Of a DNA stretch of 64,000 nt, positions 49,096-58,529 are shown piece after piece (position 1 is the stretch's first letter; each line of letters starts with the position of its first letter). Below the pieces are notes generated by a model. It saw only the letters and a list, made by a program, of their open reading frames with translations. It did not search any database and was not told the DNA's origin. Source of the stretch: a virus; IMG/VR virus record IMGVR_UViG_3300021963_000038, positions 71,901 to 135,900 of that record, one strand, 5' to 3'. The translations under genes were made by a program, and so were the position numbers.

Positions 49096-49119
49096 ACCCA
49101 CCAAATTGGTGGGTTTTTT
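49096..49119 (+). terminator. Rho-independent terminator
   Basis: acccacca-aat-tggtgggt followed by a T-run. Confidence 0.85.
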
Positions 49120-49184
49120 ATTTTTGCCGCATTTATTATTTTTTTGTGTTATAATTACTGAACTGACCACTTGAAGGAATCATA

Positions 49185-49802
49185 ATGAAAGAACCAGTCT
49201 TGCATGGCTTATTTCCAACGCCATTAATCTTTACCAATATCGAAAGAGAATTCACCAAAGAAGAACTAGAATTCTTTGATGAACACGGTAAAACAACATT
49301 TAAGAATGAAGGCAATGTAACCAGTCTTGATAATTATTTGATGAAGCACGATGCAATGTCGACCATCAAACAAGAACTGACACAGGCCTTACAGATGTAT
49401 TTGGATAGCATTATCAAACAAAAAGATGATGTGAAGCCTTATATTACACAAGCATGGTTAAACTATACAACCGAAAATCAATATCACCACAAACACGCAC
49501 ACCCTAATAGTTTTCTATCTGGTGTGATGTATATCAATGCCGACCCCGAAAAAGATAAGATTACATTCTTTAAAGAGGGTTACAAACAAATCAAATTGGA
49601 ACCAAAAGAGTGGAGTTGGTACAATGCAGAAACTTGGTTCTTTACTGTAAAGCCAGGTGATATCGTAGTGTTTCCATCATCATTAACGCATATGGTTGAG
49701 CAGAAGGCTGGTGACAATACTCGCATTAGTTTGGCGTTTAATTCATTCCTAAGAGGTGCAATTGGTGACAATCGTTCGCTGACCGAGTTACTCAACCCAT
49801 AA
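49185..49802 (+). CDS. 2OG-Fe(II) oxygenase (TIGR02466-like)
   Basis: HAHPNSFLSGVMY..FPSSLTH..RISLAFN. Confidence 0.82.
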   Translation: MKEPVLHGLFPTPLIFTNIEREFTKEELEFFDEHGKTTFKNEGNVTSLDNYLMKHDAMSTIKQELTQALQMYLDSIIKQKDDVKPYITQAWLNYTTENQYHHKHAHPNSFLSGVMYINADPEKDKITFFKEGYKQIKLEPKEWSWYNAETWFFTVKPGDIVVFPSSLTHMVEQKAGDNTRISLAFNSFLRGAIGDNRSLTELLNP

Positions 49803-49814
49803 TCGGAGGTGTTT

Positions 49815-50057
49815 ATGAGTGATGAAGATTCTAAAATCAAACATTCAAAGCGGTTACACAAAGAGAATAGTGCAATTGTAAAGCAGACCAAGATTGCTAA
49901 GGCACACGGTATCGATGTAAAAGAACCGCATAAGTTTGCCAAGCATCATGCATTGGATTGTGGTCGACCGAACTGTATATTGTGTTCATCGCCACGCAAA
50001 ATATGGAAAGAAGAAACAATACAGGAACGCCGATTTAAGCAAGAGGAGTTAGAATAA
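49815..50057 (+). CDS. hypothetical basic Cys/His protein
   Basis: HALDCGRPNCILCSSPR. Confidence 0.55.
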   Translation: MSDEDSKIKHSKRLHKENSAIVKQTKIAKAHGIDVKEPHKFAKHHALDCGRPNCILCSSPRKIWKEETIQERRFKQEELE

Positions 50058-50530
50058 TGGGTATGTTCGATTATATACATTATGGTGGGTTTAAATATCA
50101 AACAAAGGACACACCAAGTCAATTCATTGATGATTATAAGATAGAAGTTGACCAAGAATCTGGTCTTGTATATCTTTGGATAAAAGAATATGACAGCGAA
50201 TGGGTTGATATTGAGGATAATGTAGTGGGTGGTTATTTCAAACGAAATAATGAGAGATGGGTGAAGTGTGAGGATTTTGATGGTTCAATTCGATTTTATC
50301 GTGAGGATGAAAAGAATGGTGGGTACAATAATGATGCATGGATTGAATTCAAAGCTTTATTTTCTGATGGTCAACTAATCAAAATGGTGGGCAATAGTTA
50401 TGAACCAGATGATGGTGCATTAACTGAAGAGCAAACAAATCAAATACTCAAAGAGGTAAAGGAAACAAAGAGATGCGAAACCAACTTGAAATCCAGTATT
50501 TTTGGCCCCTCACCGAACAAATCGAATTAG
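50057..50530 (+). CDS. hypothetical protein
   Basis: MGMFDY..YQTKD. Confidence 0.55.
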   Translation: MGMFDYIHYGGFKYQTKDTPSQFIDDYKIEVDQESGLVYLWIKEYDSEWVDIEDNVVGGYFKRNNERWVKCEDFDGSIRFYREDEKNGGYNNDAWIEFKALFSDGQLIKMVGNSYEPDDGALTEEQTNQILKEVKETKRCETNLKSSIFGPSPNKSN

Positions 50531-50748
50531 ATTTAGATTACAGTGGTTGTTACAAACAGAAAATAGAATGGTCACCGATAGATAGAAGTTTATATACACT
50601 TTCGAATGGTGGTACTGGTGCATCGACCATTACAGCCTCGCATTTGGTTCTAGATATTGATACAACCACTATTAAGATGAAATCTAAACCAAATCTGCTG
50701 TTCCGTTTCATGTACAAATTAATAGGTTTAAAATGGGAAATTAAATGA
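50473..50748 (+). CDS. hypothetical protein
   Basis: ORF. Confidence 0.45.
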   Translation: MRNQLEIQYFWPLTEQIELDLDYSGCYKQKIEWSPIDRSLYTLSNGGTGASTITASHLVLDIDTTTIKMKSKPNLLFRFMYKLIGLKWEIK

Positions 50749-50942
50749 GCAATGTAGCATTAAAGACCGATATCTCTGGTAAATGGGTATCGGTAGAAGA
50801 AGTCAACAATCAATTGAATATATTAGAAGGACAGATTGAGTCAGCGAAAACACGCCTTGATTCTTTAGAAAAAGAGAATGCCGCATTACGGGAACTGGTG
50901 CATCACCTTGCATCAAGACCAGCACCTCATATGGCAACCTGA
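50745..50942 (+). CDS. small coiled-coil protein
   Basis: ORF. Confidence 0.5.
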   Translation: MSNVALKTDISGKWVSVEEVNNQLNILEGQIESAKTRLDSLEKENAALRELVHHLASRPAPHMAT

Positions 50943-50944
50943 CA

Positions 50945-51238
50945 ATGAGATATTATGTTATTGCCGGTACATTTGAAGAATACTTGCTTTGGTTGAAAAC
51001 ATCAAACCTTTCACCTAATGGTGCAATATGTGTAAGCACACCAGCAGTATTGCGTGGCACACGAAACCCGCATGGTTCTTTTATTGGCACATGGCGTAAT
51101 AGAAGTGACCTTGAAGATATCTTTATGGAGTTATTAACCAGAACCGATATTCAAACAAAATCACACAGAGTAATCACTAACATATGGAGTAAGTGGAAGG
51201 AAACACAATGTGGTGATGTTAAAGAAAAGACCATATGA
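50945..51238 (+). CDS. hypothetical protein
   Basis: ORF. Confidence 0.5.
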   Translation: MRYYVIAGTFEEYLLWLKTSNLSPNGAICVSTPAVLRGTRNPHGSFIGTWRNRSDLEDIFMELLTRTDIQTKSHRVITNIWSKWKETQCGDVKEKTI

Positions 51239-51771
51239 CTAAAGCAAAAACACTACCTCCGTCAGAAGAATTACAAAAAATCTTTGAATATAAGGACGGA
51301 TATCTTTACAAAAATGGCAGAAAGACAGGGCATATCGTTACAGGAAAAGTTGATGGTAGACAATATGTGTTTGTAAGTTACTATCCTTGGCGTAAACGAT
51401 ATCCTGCTCATAGATTAATATGGGTTTGGCATGGTTATTCTTTAAAAGAGGACGAACTTATAGACCATATAGATGGAAACTCAATCAATAATCGTATAGA
51501 AAATCTAAGAGCTTGTACAAATAAACAAAACCAAGAAAATAAAAAAAGTTGTTATTCAACTAATAAAACAAGTGGTCATTTAGGTGTTTTTTTTGAAGAT
51601 TCCAGAAAGAAATGGCACGCTACAATTTGCCACAATCGGAAAAAAATTAGTTTGGGTAGATATGATAAAATTGAAGATGCCATAGCCGCAAGAATAGAGG
51701 GTGAAAAGAAATATTATACTCATTCTTCCAATAGTGCAATAAAGTGTGAAATTGTGCAAAAAAGTGGGTAG
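51235..51771 (+). CDS. HNH homing endonuclease with AP2 domain
   Basis: AHRLIW, IDHIDGNSINNRIENLR; GV..KWHATI..LGRY AP2 domain. Confidence 0.85.
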   Translation: MTKAKTLPPSEELQKIFEYKDGYLYKNGRKTGHIVTGKVDGRQYVFVSYYPWRKRYPAHRLIWVWHGYSLKEDELIDHIDGNSINNRIENLRACTNKQNQENKKSCYSTNKTSGHLGVFFEDSRKKWHATICHNRKKISLGRYDKIEDAIAARIEGEKKYYTHSSNSAIKCEIVQKSG

Positions 51772-51792
51772 TAAATACGCTTAGAGGAAAAG

Positions 51793-52107
51793 ATGCCAGG
51801 TGTATATAAGTTAAAATCGTGTCCTGAGTGCGGAAAAGAACACCGTAAGAGAGGACTGCATTGCTCTCAGAGTTGTGCTCAGATTAATAAAGAATTAACA
51901 GATGAACACAAAGATAAATTATCAGAGAAAGCAATAGAGTACCGACAGACACCCGAAGGTATTGCGACCACCTCTATGATTATCAGAGGTCGTGAGAGAT
52001 ACTTAACTAATGTCGAAAAACAAAAAAACGGTGAGTATATATTAACTGACGATGATTGGATGATTGATATTCCGAACCTCGAAGATGATGATAATATTAA
52101 TCTATAA
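51793..52107 (+). CDS. hypothetical zinc-finger protein
   Basis: CPECG..CSQSC. Confidence 0.55.
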   Translation: MPGVYKLKSCPECGKEHRKRGLHCSQSCAQINKELTDEHKDKLSEKAIEYRQTPEGIATTSMIIRGRERYLTNVEKQKNGEYILTDDDWMIDIPNLEDDDNINL

Positions 52108-52159
52108 TAATAAAGTATTACTAATATAATAGTATTACCCCGCCCCGAACCACCCCTCC

Positions 52160-52188
52160 ATTATACCAGATAATTGCCGAAAAGGCAA
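52160..52188 (-). promoter_or_regulatory. leftward sigma70-type promoter
   Basis: minus strand TTGCCT-N17-TATAAT. Confidence 0.55.
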
Positions 52189-52233
52189 GCCCCTAATAAT
52201 ACTTGACCATTCCGGTCGACTATTCGAGGGGGC

Positions 52234-52261
52234 TTGCCTTTTTTGCCCATTGTGATATACT
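52234..52261 (+). promoter_or_regulatory. early promoter candidate
   Basis: TTGCCT-N16-TATACT with extended TG. Confidence 0.55.
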
Positions 52262-52327
52262 CCTTCCATAGATTGAAAAAGCGAGAAAAACAGATGTTGC
52301 AGAAAAACAACAGAATCCACAAACCGC

Positions 52328-52356
52328 TTGACAATTGCCAAAAATCGTGATATACT
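52328..52356 (+). promoter_or_regulatory. early promoter
   Basis: TTGACA-N17-TATACT with extended TG; upstream TGTTG-N8-CAACA. Confidence 0.75.
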
Positions 52357-52386
52357 GATAACATCAAAACTTGAAAAGGAAACAAA

Positions 52387-52683
52387 ATGTCTAAAACCTC
52401 TGACCTCTCCGTTGCTCTGAAAAACATTCAGTCCGAAATGAAAACCCTCCGTGCTCAGGCTACTGAAGTCCGTGCCGCTTTGAAAACGGCTCGTGCTAAT
52501 GCGAAAACCGAGAAAGCCATTGCTCGCCAAGCGAAGCAGAATATTGCTGCTGTAAAGAAAGCAGAGCGTATTGCTAAACTTGAAGCCAAGTTGCTTGCAT
52601 TGAAAACCGGTCCCGTTGGTATCAAAGCTCGCAAAGCTAACAAAAAACCTGGTAAAGTTACTGTTACCAAAATCGCCGCCTAA
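52387..52683 (+). CDS. Lys/Ala-rich basic early protein
   Basis: strong SD and promoter; strongly biased codons. Confidence 0.7.
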   Translation: MSKTSDLSVALKNIQSEMKTLRAQATEVRAALKTARANAKTEKAIARQAKQNIAAVKKAERIAKLEAKLLALKTGPVGIKARKANKKPGKVTVTKIAA

Positions 52684-52694
52684 GGATAACTAAT

Positions 52695-53024
52695 ATGATG
52701 TTGGTCATTTCCACCCAAATCCACGAAAATTACGGTGCCCACGATTGGGACGGTAATGGTGTTTGCCCCCAATACTGGAAGGCTAAGGGTGGTTCTGAAT
52801 ATAAAATAACCAACATTCCTCTGAATATCGATTACCTTGCTGTGGTCGCTATGGCTGGTTTAGAAGGTGGTAACGATTATTTCCGTGAGGAAATTATTGA
52901 TTGGAAAATTGAAGGTGATGATTATCTTAGTTGGTTCGAAAAGAGTCAGCTCGATTATGAGGGTGTTATTACACACAAAGAGCCTACAATTGAATACTCT
53001 GAATTAAATGGGAGCTTCGCTTAA
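52695..53024 (+). CDS. hypothetical protein
   Basis: ENYGAHDWDG..PQYWKAKGG. Confidence 0.6.
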   Translation: MMLVISTQIHENYGAHDWDGNGVCPQYWKAKGGSEYKITNIPLNIDYLAVVAMAGLEGGNDYFREEIIDWKIEGDDYLSWFEKSQLDYEGVITHKEPTIEYSELNGSFA

Positions 53025-53156
53025 TGGATACTATTTCACGGGAAGATTTAATTTTGTTGCTGAGTTTCAAAGGCTGGACTAGTGATGAGCTCAGTCTAAT
53101 GGATAATGAAACTTTAGATAACCTTTATATTGAATACATTGTATTGGAGAACGATT

Positions 53157-53429
53157 ATGTCTAAACTTACCGAATACACGTTGGAGATTCACAAAGCCGA
53201 CAAGCGATACATTGAAGGTCGCCGTTTGGTTCAAGTGATTGATTTTGCAGAGTCCACAAAGGACTATATTGAAGCGGTTGCAGCTGCGAAGCGCAAGCTT
53301 GGTTTTATTGTTTTTGTGTTTGAGACCTATGTCACCAAAACCAATATTATGAGTGGAAAAGAAATTAAAGAGCGTTACGATACGCCTTATTATTGCTCAC
53401 CTTCAAGTGAGTCCTACTGGAGTATGTAA
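53157..53429 (+). CDS. hypothetical protein
   Basis: DTPYYCSPSSESYWSM. Confidence 0.6.
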   Translation: MSKLTEYTLEIHKADKRYIEGRRLVQVIDFAESTKDYIEAVAAAKRKLGFIVFVFETYVTKTNIMSGKEIKERYDTPYYCSPSSESYWSM

Positions 53430-53873
53430 TGAATAAGATAAGGAATTTTGTCGCAAAGCACAATAAGCACCGTGCTGTGGTGATGAAAGTCCGTGTCCGT
53501 TATCAGAGGCGACCGAAGCACCAGAAGAAGTTGACCAATGGGATGGAGAACTAAAGTAGTATATTGCCATTTTCACCAATTCTGTTATACTCCTTCCATA
53601 GATTGAAAAACCACTCTGAGACCACCGAGGAACGGTGGCACCACAAAAGACCCATGCCAACATGGGTTCTCAGGTGTAAGGCAGAAGGATCGGATCCTCG
53701 AGGCCGCTGATTGAAAAATTATCAGCAAATAAATTTAAAAGGAATTGCAATGAGTGAATTTTTTGTTGAACATGAGGACGGTTGTGATTTAATCGAAGCT
53801 CCCAATTTGGAAACGGCATATGAAATTGCCAATGAATTGGGTTTGGTAATTTATTCAATTAATGAGGCTTAAA

Positions 53874-54089
53874 ATGATTTACTACGGAATGTTCACGGAT
53901 GAAGGCAATGCAAAGGTTGCCGAAATTGTAGAATTCGCTAAGACTAATAATGCTCAATGGGAAGATATATTGCCCATGCTCAGAAATTTAGCTGAGAGCG
54001 ACCGTGCTAAATTTGGTGAAGCGCTTGACACCGCTGTCCGTGAAATGGTGTATGATGCTTGCTTTTGCACAGGTGATTTTTATATATGA
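53874..54089 (+). CDS. hypothetical protein
   Basis: YGMFTDEGN..DTAVRE. Confidence 0.55.
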   Translation: MIYYGMFTDEGNAKVAEIVEFAKTNNAQWEDILPMLRNLAESDRAKFGEALDTAVREMVYDACFCTGDFYI

Positions 54090-54397
54090 GAAAAAAGCGC
54101 AGCGACCGTAACCATGTTATCTATCAGGTAACCTGCGTGGATACAGGCGACAATTACATTGGTTTGACAGTCGCCCAAGGTCAAGCATTCCTCCGTAGTG
54201 TCAAAGTAAGATGGCAGAAGCACCTCTCCAGAGCGCTGTGTGAGGACAAGGATTGGACATTTTGTGATTTCATCCGCACCATGCCAGAAGCACAGTACCA
54301 ATATGAGGTGCTCGAGGTGGTGAGAGGTCGCAAACCTGCCCACCAGAGGGAGCGCCAGTATATTGCAGAGTACCAACCAACCTTGAATACATTTTAA
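54086..54397 (+). CDS. small GIY-YIG-like protein
   Basis: VIY..YIGLT..RWQKH..E..I...PTLN. Confidence 0.6.
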   Translation: MRKKRSDRNHVIYQVTCVDTGDNYIGLTVAQGQAFLRSVKVRWQKHLSRALCEDKDWTFCDFIRTMPEAQYQYEVLEVVRGRKPAHQRERQYIAEYQPTLNTF

Positions 54398-54408
54398 AAG
54401 GAAAGAAC

Positions 54409-54651
54409 ATGAGCAGAATGAGCAATTTGGATTTGGAATTGCGTGAATTGTTTGAACGTGGTTTGACCGCCACCGAGGCGGCAGAAATTGTGGATGCACC
54501 AATTTCCATAGTGAAGGACTTTTTTGAGATGCTCGAAGATGAGCTGGATGCGGAGTCATATGATGATAGCATGGATGGAGATTTCGATTCAGCAATGGCC
54601 TCAGCAGGCTATGGCACGGATGAGGACTATGGGTATTTTGGTGATGAGTGA
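54409..54651 (+). CDS. acidic hypothetical protein
   Basis: DGDFDSAMASAGYGTDEDY. Confidence 0.55.
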   Translation: MSRMSNLDLELRELFERGLTATEAAEIVDAPISIVKDFFEMLEDELDAESYDDSMDGDFDSAMASAGYGTDEDYGYFGDE

Positions 54652-54774
54652 TGAGCAGTGAGCCATGTGATATCTGGAAAAAATTTAGGATATTAGAATA
54701 AGGATCCTTAAAAGGAGTCCTCTAGGGAACCACAGATGGATTCCTTAATTTTCTATTTTGCCCCAGTTTCCCAT

Positions 54775-54890
54775 AGCCCCCCGTCATTCTCTGGAGGTTT
54801 TTTGGTTAAGGTTCCAGTCGGTAGGAATAAGGTTCCCTTTTTTCAGAGCCCCCCCGTCATTCTCTGGGGAGATTCTGGTTTAAGGTTCCA
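54775..54890. repeat. imperfect ~42-bp direct repeat pair in a non-coding region
   Basis: agC6-7gtcattctctgg..ttaaggttcca at 54775 and 54847; extra taaggttcc at 54828. Confidence 0.8.
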
Positions 54891-55145
54891 TATATTTGCC
54901 ACACAGGTACTTTTGTTTATGTTATAATGGAGTCTTTATGTTGTTAGCCGTATGGTTGGTTAGTATGGTTGTTTATTGGGGTGGTGATTCTATGGGTTTT
55001 GATGACAAGTGTGTTCTCCCTAAGGAATGTGTGGTTGCAAGCAAATGAAAGAATTCTTAGAAAATGATATGTGGTTCATACTGTGTATCATATGGTTTTG
55101 CATAGTGTCGTTTGCGATTGGTTTACTGATAGGTTTCTTTGTATT

Positions 55146-55289
55146 ATGAATGACGATAAAAAAGAAATAGATTGTCCTCGGTGTGGTGGTAACTGGTTCA
55201 ATGACTTAGATGAATCTGGTGTGCCTTATACCTGTTTCCATTGTTGTAATGGTACCTTGCCATGTTATGAAGGTGAAGAAGATGAATGA
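55146..55289 (+). CDS. small zinc-finger protein
   Basis: CPRCGG..CFHCCNG. Confidence 0.45.
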   Translation: MNDDKKEIDCPRCGGNWFNDLDESGVPYTCFHCCNGTLPCYEGEEDE

Positions 55290-55464
55290 AAAAATCAGAG
55301 AGATTGCATTAGAAGCAGGCGGCAGTACCTATCCTGAAGTAAATACTACGCAATTGATAAAATTTGCCGAGTTGATTATCAGAGAATGTGCCAATATTGC
55401 TGATATTGCAGAACCATTCCTTGCTTCGGATCTGATTAAACAACATTTTGGAGTTGAAGAATGA
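55282..55464 (+). CDS. hypothetical protein
   Basis: KFAELIIREC..HFGVEE. Confidence 0.55.
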   Translation: MNEKIREIALEAGGSTYPEVNTTQLIKFAELIIRECANIADIAEPFLASDLIKQHFGVEE

Positions 55465-55637
55465 AACTAAGTGGTATCAATGCCGCCATGGCACATAAAA
55501 TTGAATTGCAGAAACTTGTCCACCAAGAAACAATCAAGCAACAGCAGATTAAAGTAATCAAAGACCGTCAGGTTGAATTGCAGGCAATTAAAACAAAAGA
55601 CCTTGATAAAGGTACCAATATTGATGAAATGGCATAG
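55461..55637 (+). CDS. hypothetical protein
   Basis: manual translation MKLSGINAAM... Confidence 0.45.
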   Translation: MKLSGINAAMAHKIELQKLVHQETIKQQQIKVIKDRQVELQAIKTKDLDKGTNIDEMA

Positions 55638-55804
55638 GAGTTAAATTATGAGTTTCGATTGGAAAACGTATGGTTGTCGTTCCACTACGGGTGAGTTCCA
55701 CCTGATTGGTGGTGAAGATTTGGAAGATGCGATGAAAAGTTATGCGAATGTCTTTCCGTATAAAGAATTAGAATCCGTTTATTTGTTGGTTTACCAAAAG
55801 GAAT

Positions 55805-56056
55805 ATGAAAATGAATGATATCGTAATTACTGGCCTGAATAAGCGCCAAAAGATTCTCGCAGACATTATCTGGAACATCGAAGAATGGGACCAAGTAGAG
55901 ATTTTTATGAGTTCTCTACCAGAAAGAGATAGAATCGATTGTGAAGGTATTATCGAAATGATGCGTATGCAGTTGGTCGAAATCTATGCGGAAGGCATGG
56001 GACTGACGGACTATCCGGAAGCCAATGAATTGATTGCGAAAGTAAAAAGAAAATGA
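55805..56056 (+). CDS. hypothetical protein
   Basis: ORF. Confidence 0.5.
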   Translation: MKMNDIVITGLNKRQKILADIIWNIEEWDQVEIFMSSLPERDRIDCEGIIEMMRMQLVEIYAEGMGLTDYPEANELIAKVKRK

Positions 56057-56271
56057 ATAGTGCTTGGATATTGATAATTGCTTTCTATTCTCCTGGTGGT
56101 GATTTTATGGATAAGACCACCATGAAGTTTGAGAACAAGCGTGATTGTGAAGTGGTTCGAGCGCAGTTGCAGAATCTAGATGCCCCACTAAAAGTAAGGC
56201 ATAAGGGTGTTTGTGTGACCAAAGGACATTGGGATGGAACAAGACCAATGAATGGTATTGCCTACGATTAG
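56053..56271 (+). CDS. hypothetical protein
   Basis: ORF. Confidence 0.5.
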   Translation: MNSAWILIIAFYSPGGDFMDKTTMKFENKRDCEVVRAQLQNLDAPLKVRHKGVCVTKGHWDGTRPMNGIAYD

Positions 56272-56279
56272 GAGTTAGT

Positions 56280-56468
56280 ATGAGTGATAGGTTTGATTTG
56301 GAACAGAATATTCTCCGTTGCTGGAATATCACAGAGGACATTCGTTTGTTCGTAAGTAAAGGTTCGACACCAGAGCAAATGACCGCTTTGGCTGATTATT
56401 ATGAAGTTTATTTCCAAAATCTTTTCGACCAAATGGAAACAATGAGTAAAGAAGGCAAAATTAAATGA
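56280..56468 (+). CDS. hypothetical protein
   Basis: SD AGGAG; DRFDLEQ. Confidence 0.55.
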   Translation: MSDRFDLEQNILRCWNITEDIRLFVSKGSTPEQMTALADYYEVYFQNLFDQMETMSKEGKIK

Positions 56469-56743
56469 GTGGTGGACATTTTAGTTATATGCAATGGGAA
56501 ATTGGCAATATTGCTGATGAAGTGGAACAGTTGATTCTGGACAATGATTCAGAAGAATTAGATGAATATGGTGGCCGCAAAGGTTCTCATTTCACTCCCG
56601 AAACAATTGAAGAATTTAAAAAAGGTTTAGTTATTCTAAGACAGGCATATGTCTATGCACAGCGCATTGATTGGTTAGTAAGTGGTGATGATGGAGAAGA
56701 TTCTTTCCATCGCCGATTAAAAGTTGAATTGGAAAAGTTGTGA
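56465..56743 (+). CDS. hypothetical protein
   Basis: MSGGHF..RIDWLVSGDDGEDSF. Confidence 0.6.
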   Translation: MSGGHFSYMQWEIGNIADEVEQLILDNDSEELDEYGGRKGSHFTPETIEEFKKGLVILRQAYVYAQRIDWLVSGDDGEDSFHRRLKVELEKL

Positions 56744-57849
56744 GTTATTACATGAAATCAGGCAATACATTCCGTATTGCCACAAAAGAATCTATGGATT
56801 TGCACGAATCGTTGCCTGCTGGTAACTATGTCGTAAAGCAGGATCCGTTTGAGAATTTTTACATTGAACAGATTGAATCATTTGATGTACCCACCAGAAT
56901 GTATGGTGATACAATCCGCAATACAGAACGGATTATCAATAGTTTTTGGGACCGTGAAAAGTCAACAGGTGTCATGCTTGTTGGTGAAAAAGGTTCAGGC
57001 AAAACCTTGTTGAGTAAAAATATCTGTGTTGAGTTGGCCAAACAAGGTGTGCCAACTATCGTTATCAATCATGCTTGGATTGGTGACAAATTCAATACGC
57101 TGATTCAATCCATTCAACAACCATGTATTGTGATGTTTGATGAGTTTGAAAAGGTTTACAATTCAGAAGAACAGGAAGAATTGCTGACATTGCTTGATGG
57201 CATTTATTCATCAAAGAAACTATTCATGCTGACCAGCAACGACAAATGGCGTGTTGATTCACATATGCGTAACCGACCAGGTCGTATCTTTTACATGGTT
57301 GACTTCAAAGGTCTGGATGAGGCATTCATCCGTGAATACTGCTATGACAATCTGGCCAAACCTGAATTGAAAACGATTGACACCATTGTGGGTATTGCTT
57401 CTGTATTCGGTGCATTTAACTTTGATATGTTAAAGGCATTGGTTGAAGAAATGAACCGTTATGGTGAAACACCACAAGAAGCAATGCGTATTCTAAACGT
57501 GAAGGCTGAGTTTGATGGTGGTACAACATATAGTGTGGAAATCTACAAAGGTGACCGCAAGGCAGACCGTACAAGTCCTTCCATTTGGAATGGCGCACCG
57601 TTGTCATCAAAAGAAATCTGTATCAACTGGCGTTTCTTTTCTAAGAAGAAGTCAGAACTTAATGATGCACCAACCACATTGGTTAGTCCTGTTAATGATG
57701 ATGAAGATGGTTGGGGTGATGAAGATTTTACTACCGATGACTTGGTGAAATTCAACAACAAAACTGGTCAATTCATCTTTGAAAAAAATGGCGTGACCTT
57801 GATTTTGGTGAAAGAAACACCAAAATATTTCAATTTTGATGCATTTTGA
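56740..57849 (+). CDS. AAA+ ATPase
   Basis: GEKGSGKT, FDEFEK, NRPGRI. Confidence 0.85.
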   Translation: MSYYMKSGNTFRIATKESMDLHESLPAGNYVVKQDPFENFYIEQIESFDVPTRMYGDTIRNTERIINSFWDREKSTGVMLVGEKGSGKTLLSKNICVELAKQGVPTIVINHAWIGDKFNTLIQSIQQPCIVMFDEFEKVYNSEEQEELLTLLDGIYSSKKLFMLTSNDKWRVDSHMRNRPGRIFYMVDFKGLDEAFIREYCYDNLAKPELKTIDTIVGIASVFGAFNFDMLKALVEEMNRYGETPQEAMRILNVKAEFDGGTTYSVEIYKGDRKADRTSPSIWNGAPLSSKEICINWRFFSKKKSELNDAPTTLVSPVNDDEDGWGDEDFTTDDLVKFNNKTGQFIFEKNGVTLILVKETPKYFNFDAF

Positions 57850-57904
57850 GAAAGTAATACTAAAGACTTAATGTTGCGTAAAAACAACAACTTAGGACTA
57901 GGGC

Positions 57905-57933
57905 TTGCCAATCATGGTATTCTATGTTATACT
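57905..57933 (+). promoter_or_regulatory. early promoter
   Basis: TTGCCA-N17-TATACT with extended TG; upstream TGTTG-N8-CAACA. Confidence 0.7.
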
Positions 57934-57963
57934 GGTAACTTAGAAACTGATAGAGGAACTAAA

Positions 57964-58194
57964 ATGACTGAATTTGAAAAACAATGTTATGGCATGACCG
58001 AGTCCGATATTCGTGAGCAATACATGAATTCCTTTACCGCTCGCTTGAGTGGTTTGGAAATGGTTGTGATGGGTATTTTATCGGATGCTCAAGAATTGCT
58101 TGCGATGGGTGCTACCAATGATTCTCGCCAATATATGAATCGTGCTAAATTTATTTTGTCTGAAATGATGGAAGAAAAGAGTGAGGTTGCCTAA
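57964..58194 (+). CDS. hypothetical protein
   Basis: SD GAGGA; ILSDAQE motif. Confidence 0.55.
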   Translation: MTEFEKQCYGMTESDIREQYMNSFTARLSGLEMVVMGILSDAQELLAMGATNDSRQYMNRAKFILSEMMEEKSEVA

Positions 58195-58388
58195 TGAATA
58201 AAATAAATTCTTTTGTTGTTGTTTCAGTTGCTGATAATATTACCAAAATGAATGAAGCCGAATTGAATATGCTGGCAGAAATTCTTACTGGTTCGGCTGG
58301 TGAGCGATTGTGTGATTTACTTTCATTCGCTATTCAGGATGCCGATTTAATGAGAAAAGAAACTTTAGAAGAAATGGAAACGATATGA
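58194..58388 (+). CDS. hypothetical protein
   Basis: ORF. Confidence 0.45.
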   Translation: MNKINSFVVVSVADNITKMNEAELNMLAEILTGSAGERLCDLLSFAIQDADLMRKETLEEMETI

Positions 58389-58529
58389 TAAGATTTTTTC
58401 TTGGTTTACTAATTGCTTTTGGTTCAGTAGGTGGCATGGAAAATCCAGATAACAGTTTATTGTTGTGTGTTATTTTTGCTTCTGCTGGTTTGATTATGAT
58501 GGCCAGCGGTGTTAGGAAGATGAATCAAA

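Larger units (their letters stand above)
52256..53610 (+). repeat. 25-bp exact direct repeat at 52256-52280 and 53586-53610
   Basis: tatactccttccatagattgaaaaa, covering the -10 box and transcript start of two promoters. Confidence 0.9.

Noticed and set aside
52295-52312. LexA SOS box
   Set aside because: Half-sites are TGTTG/CAACA rather than CTGT/ACAG; kept only as an unknown operator.
54700-54900. Mini CRISPR array
   Set aside because: Only two imperfect repeats, no regular repeat-spacer periodicity and no cas genes.
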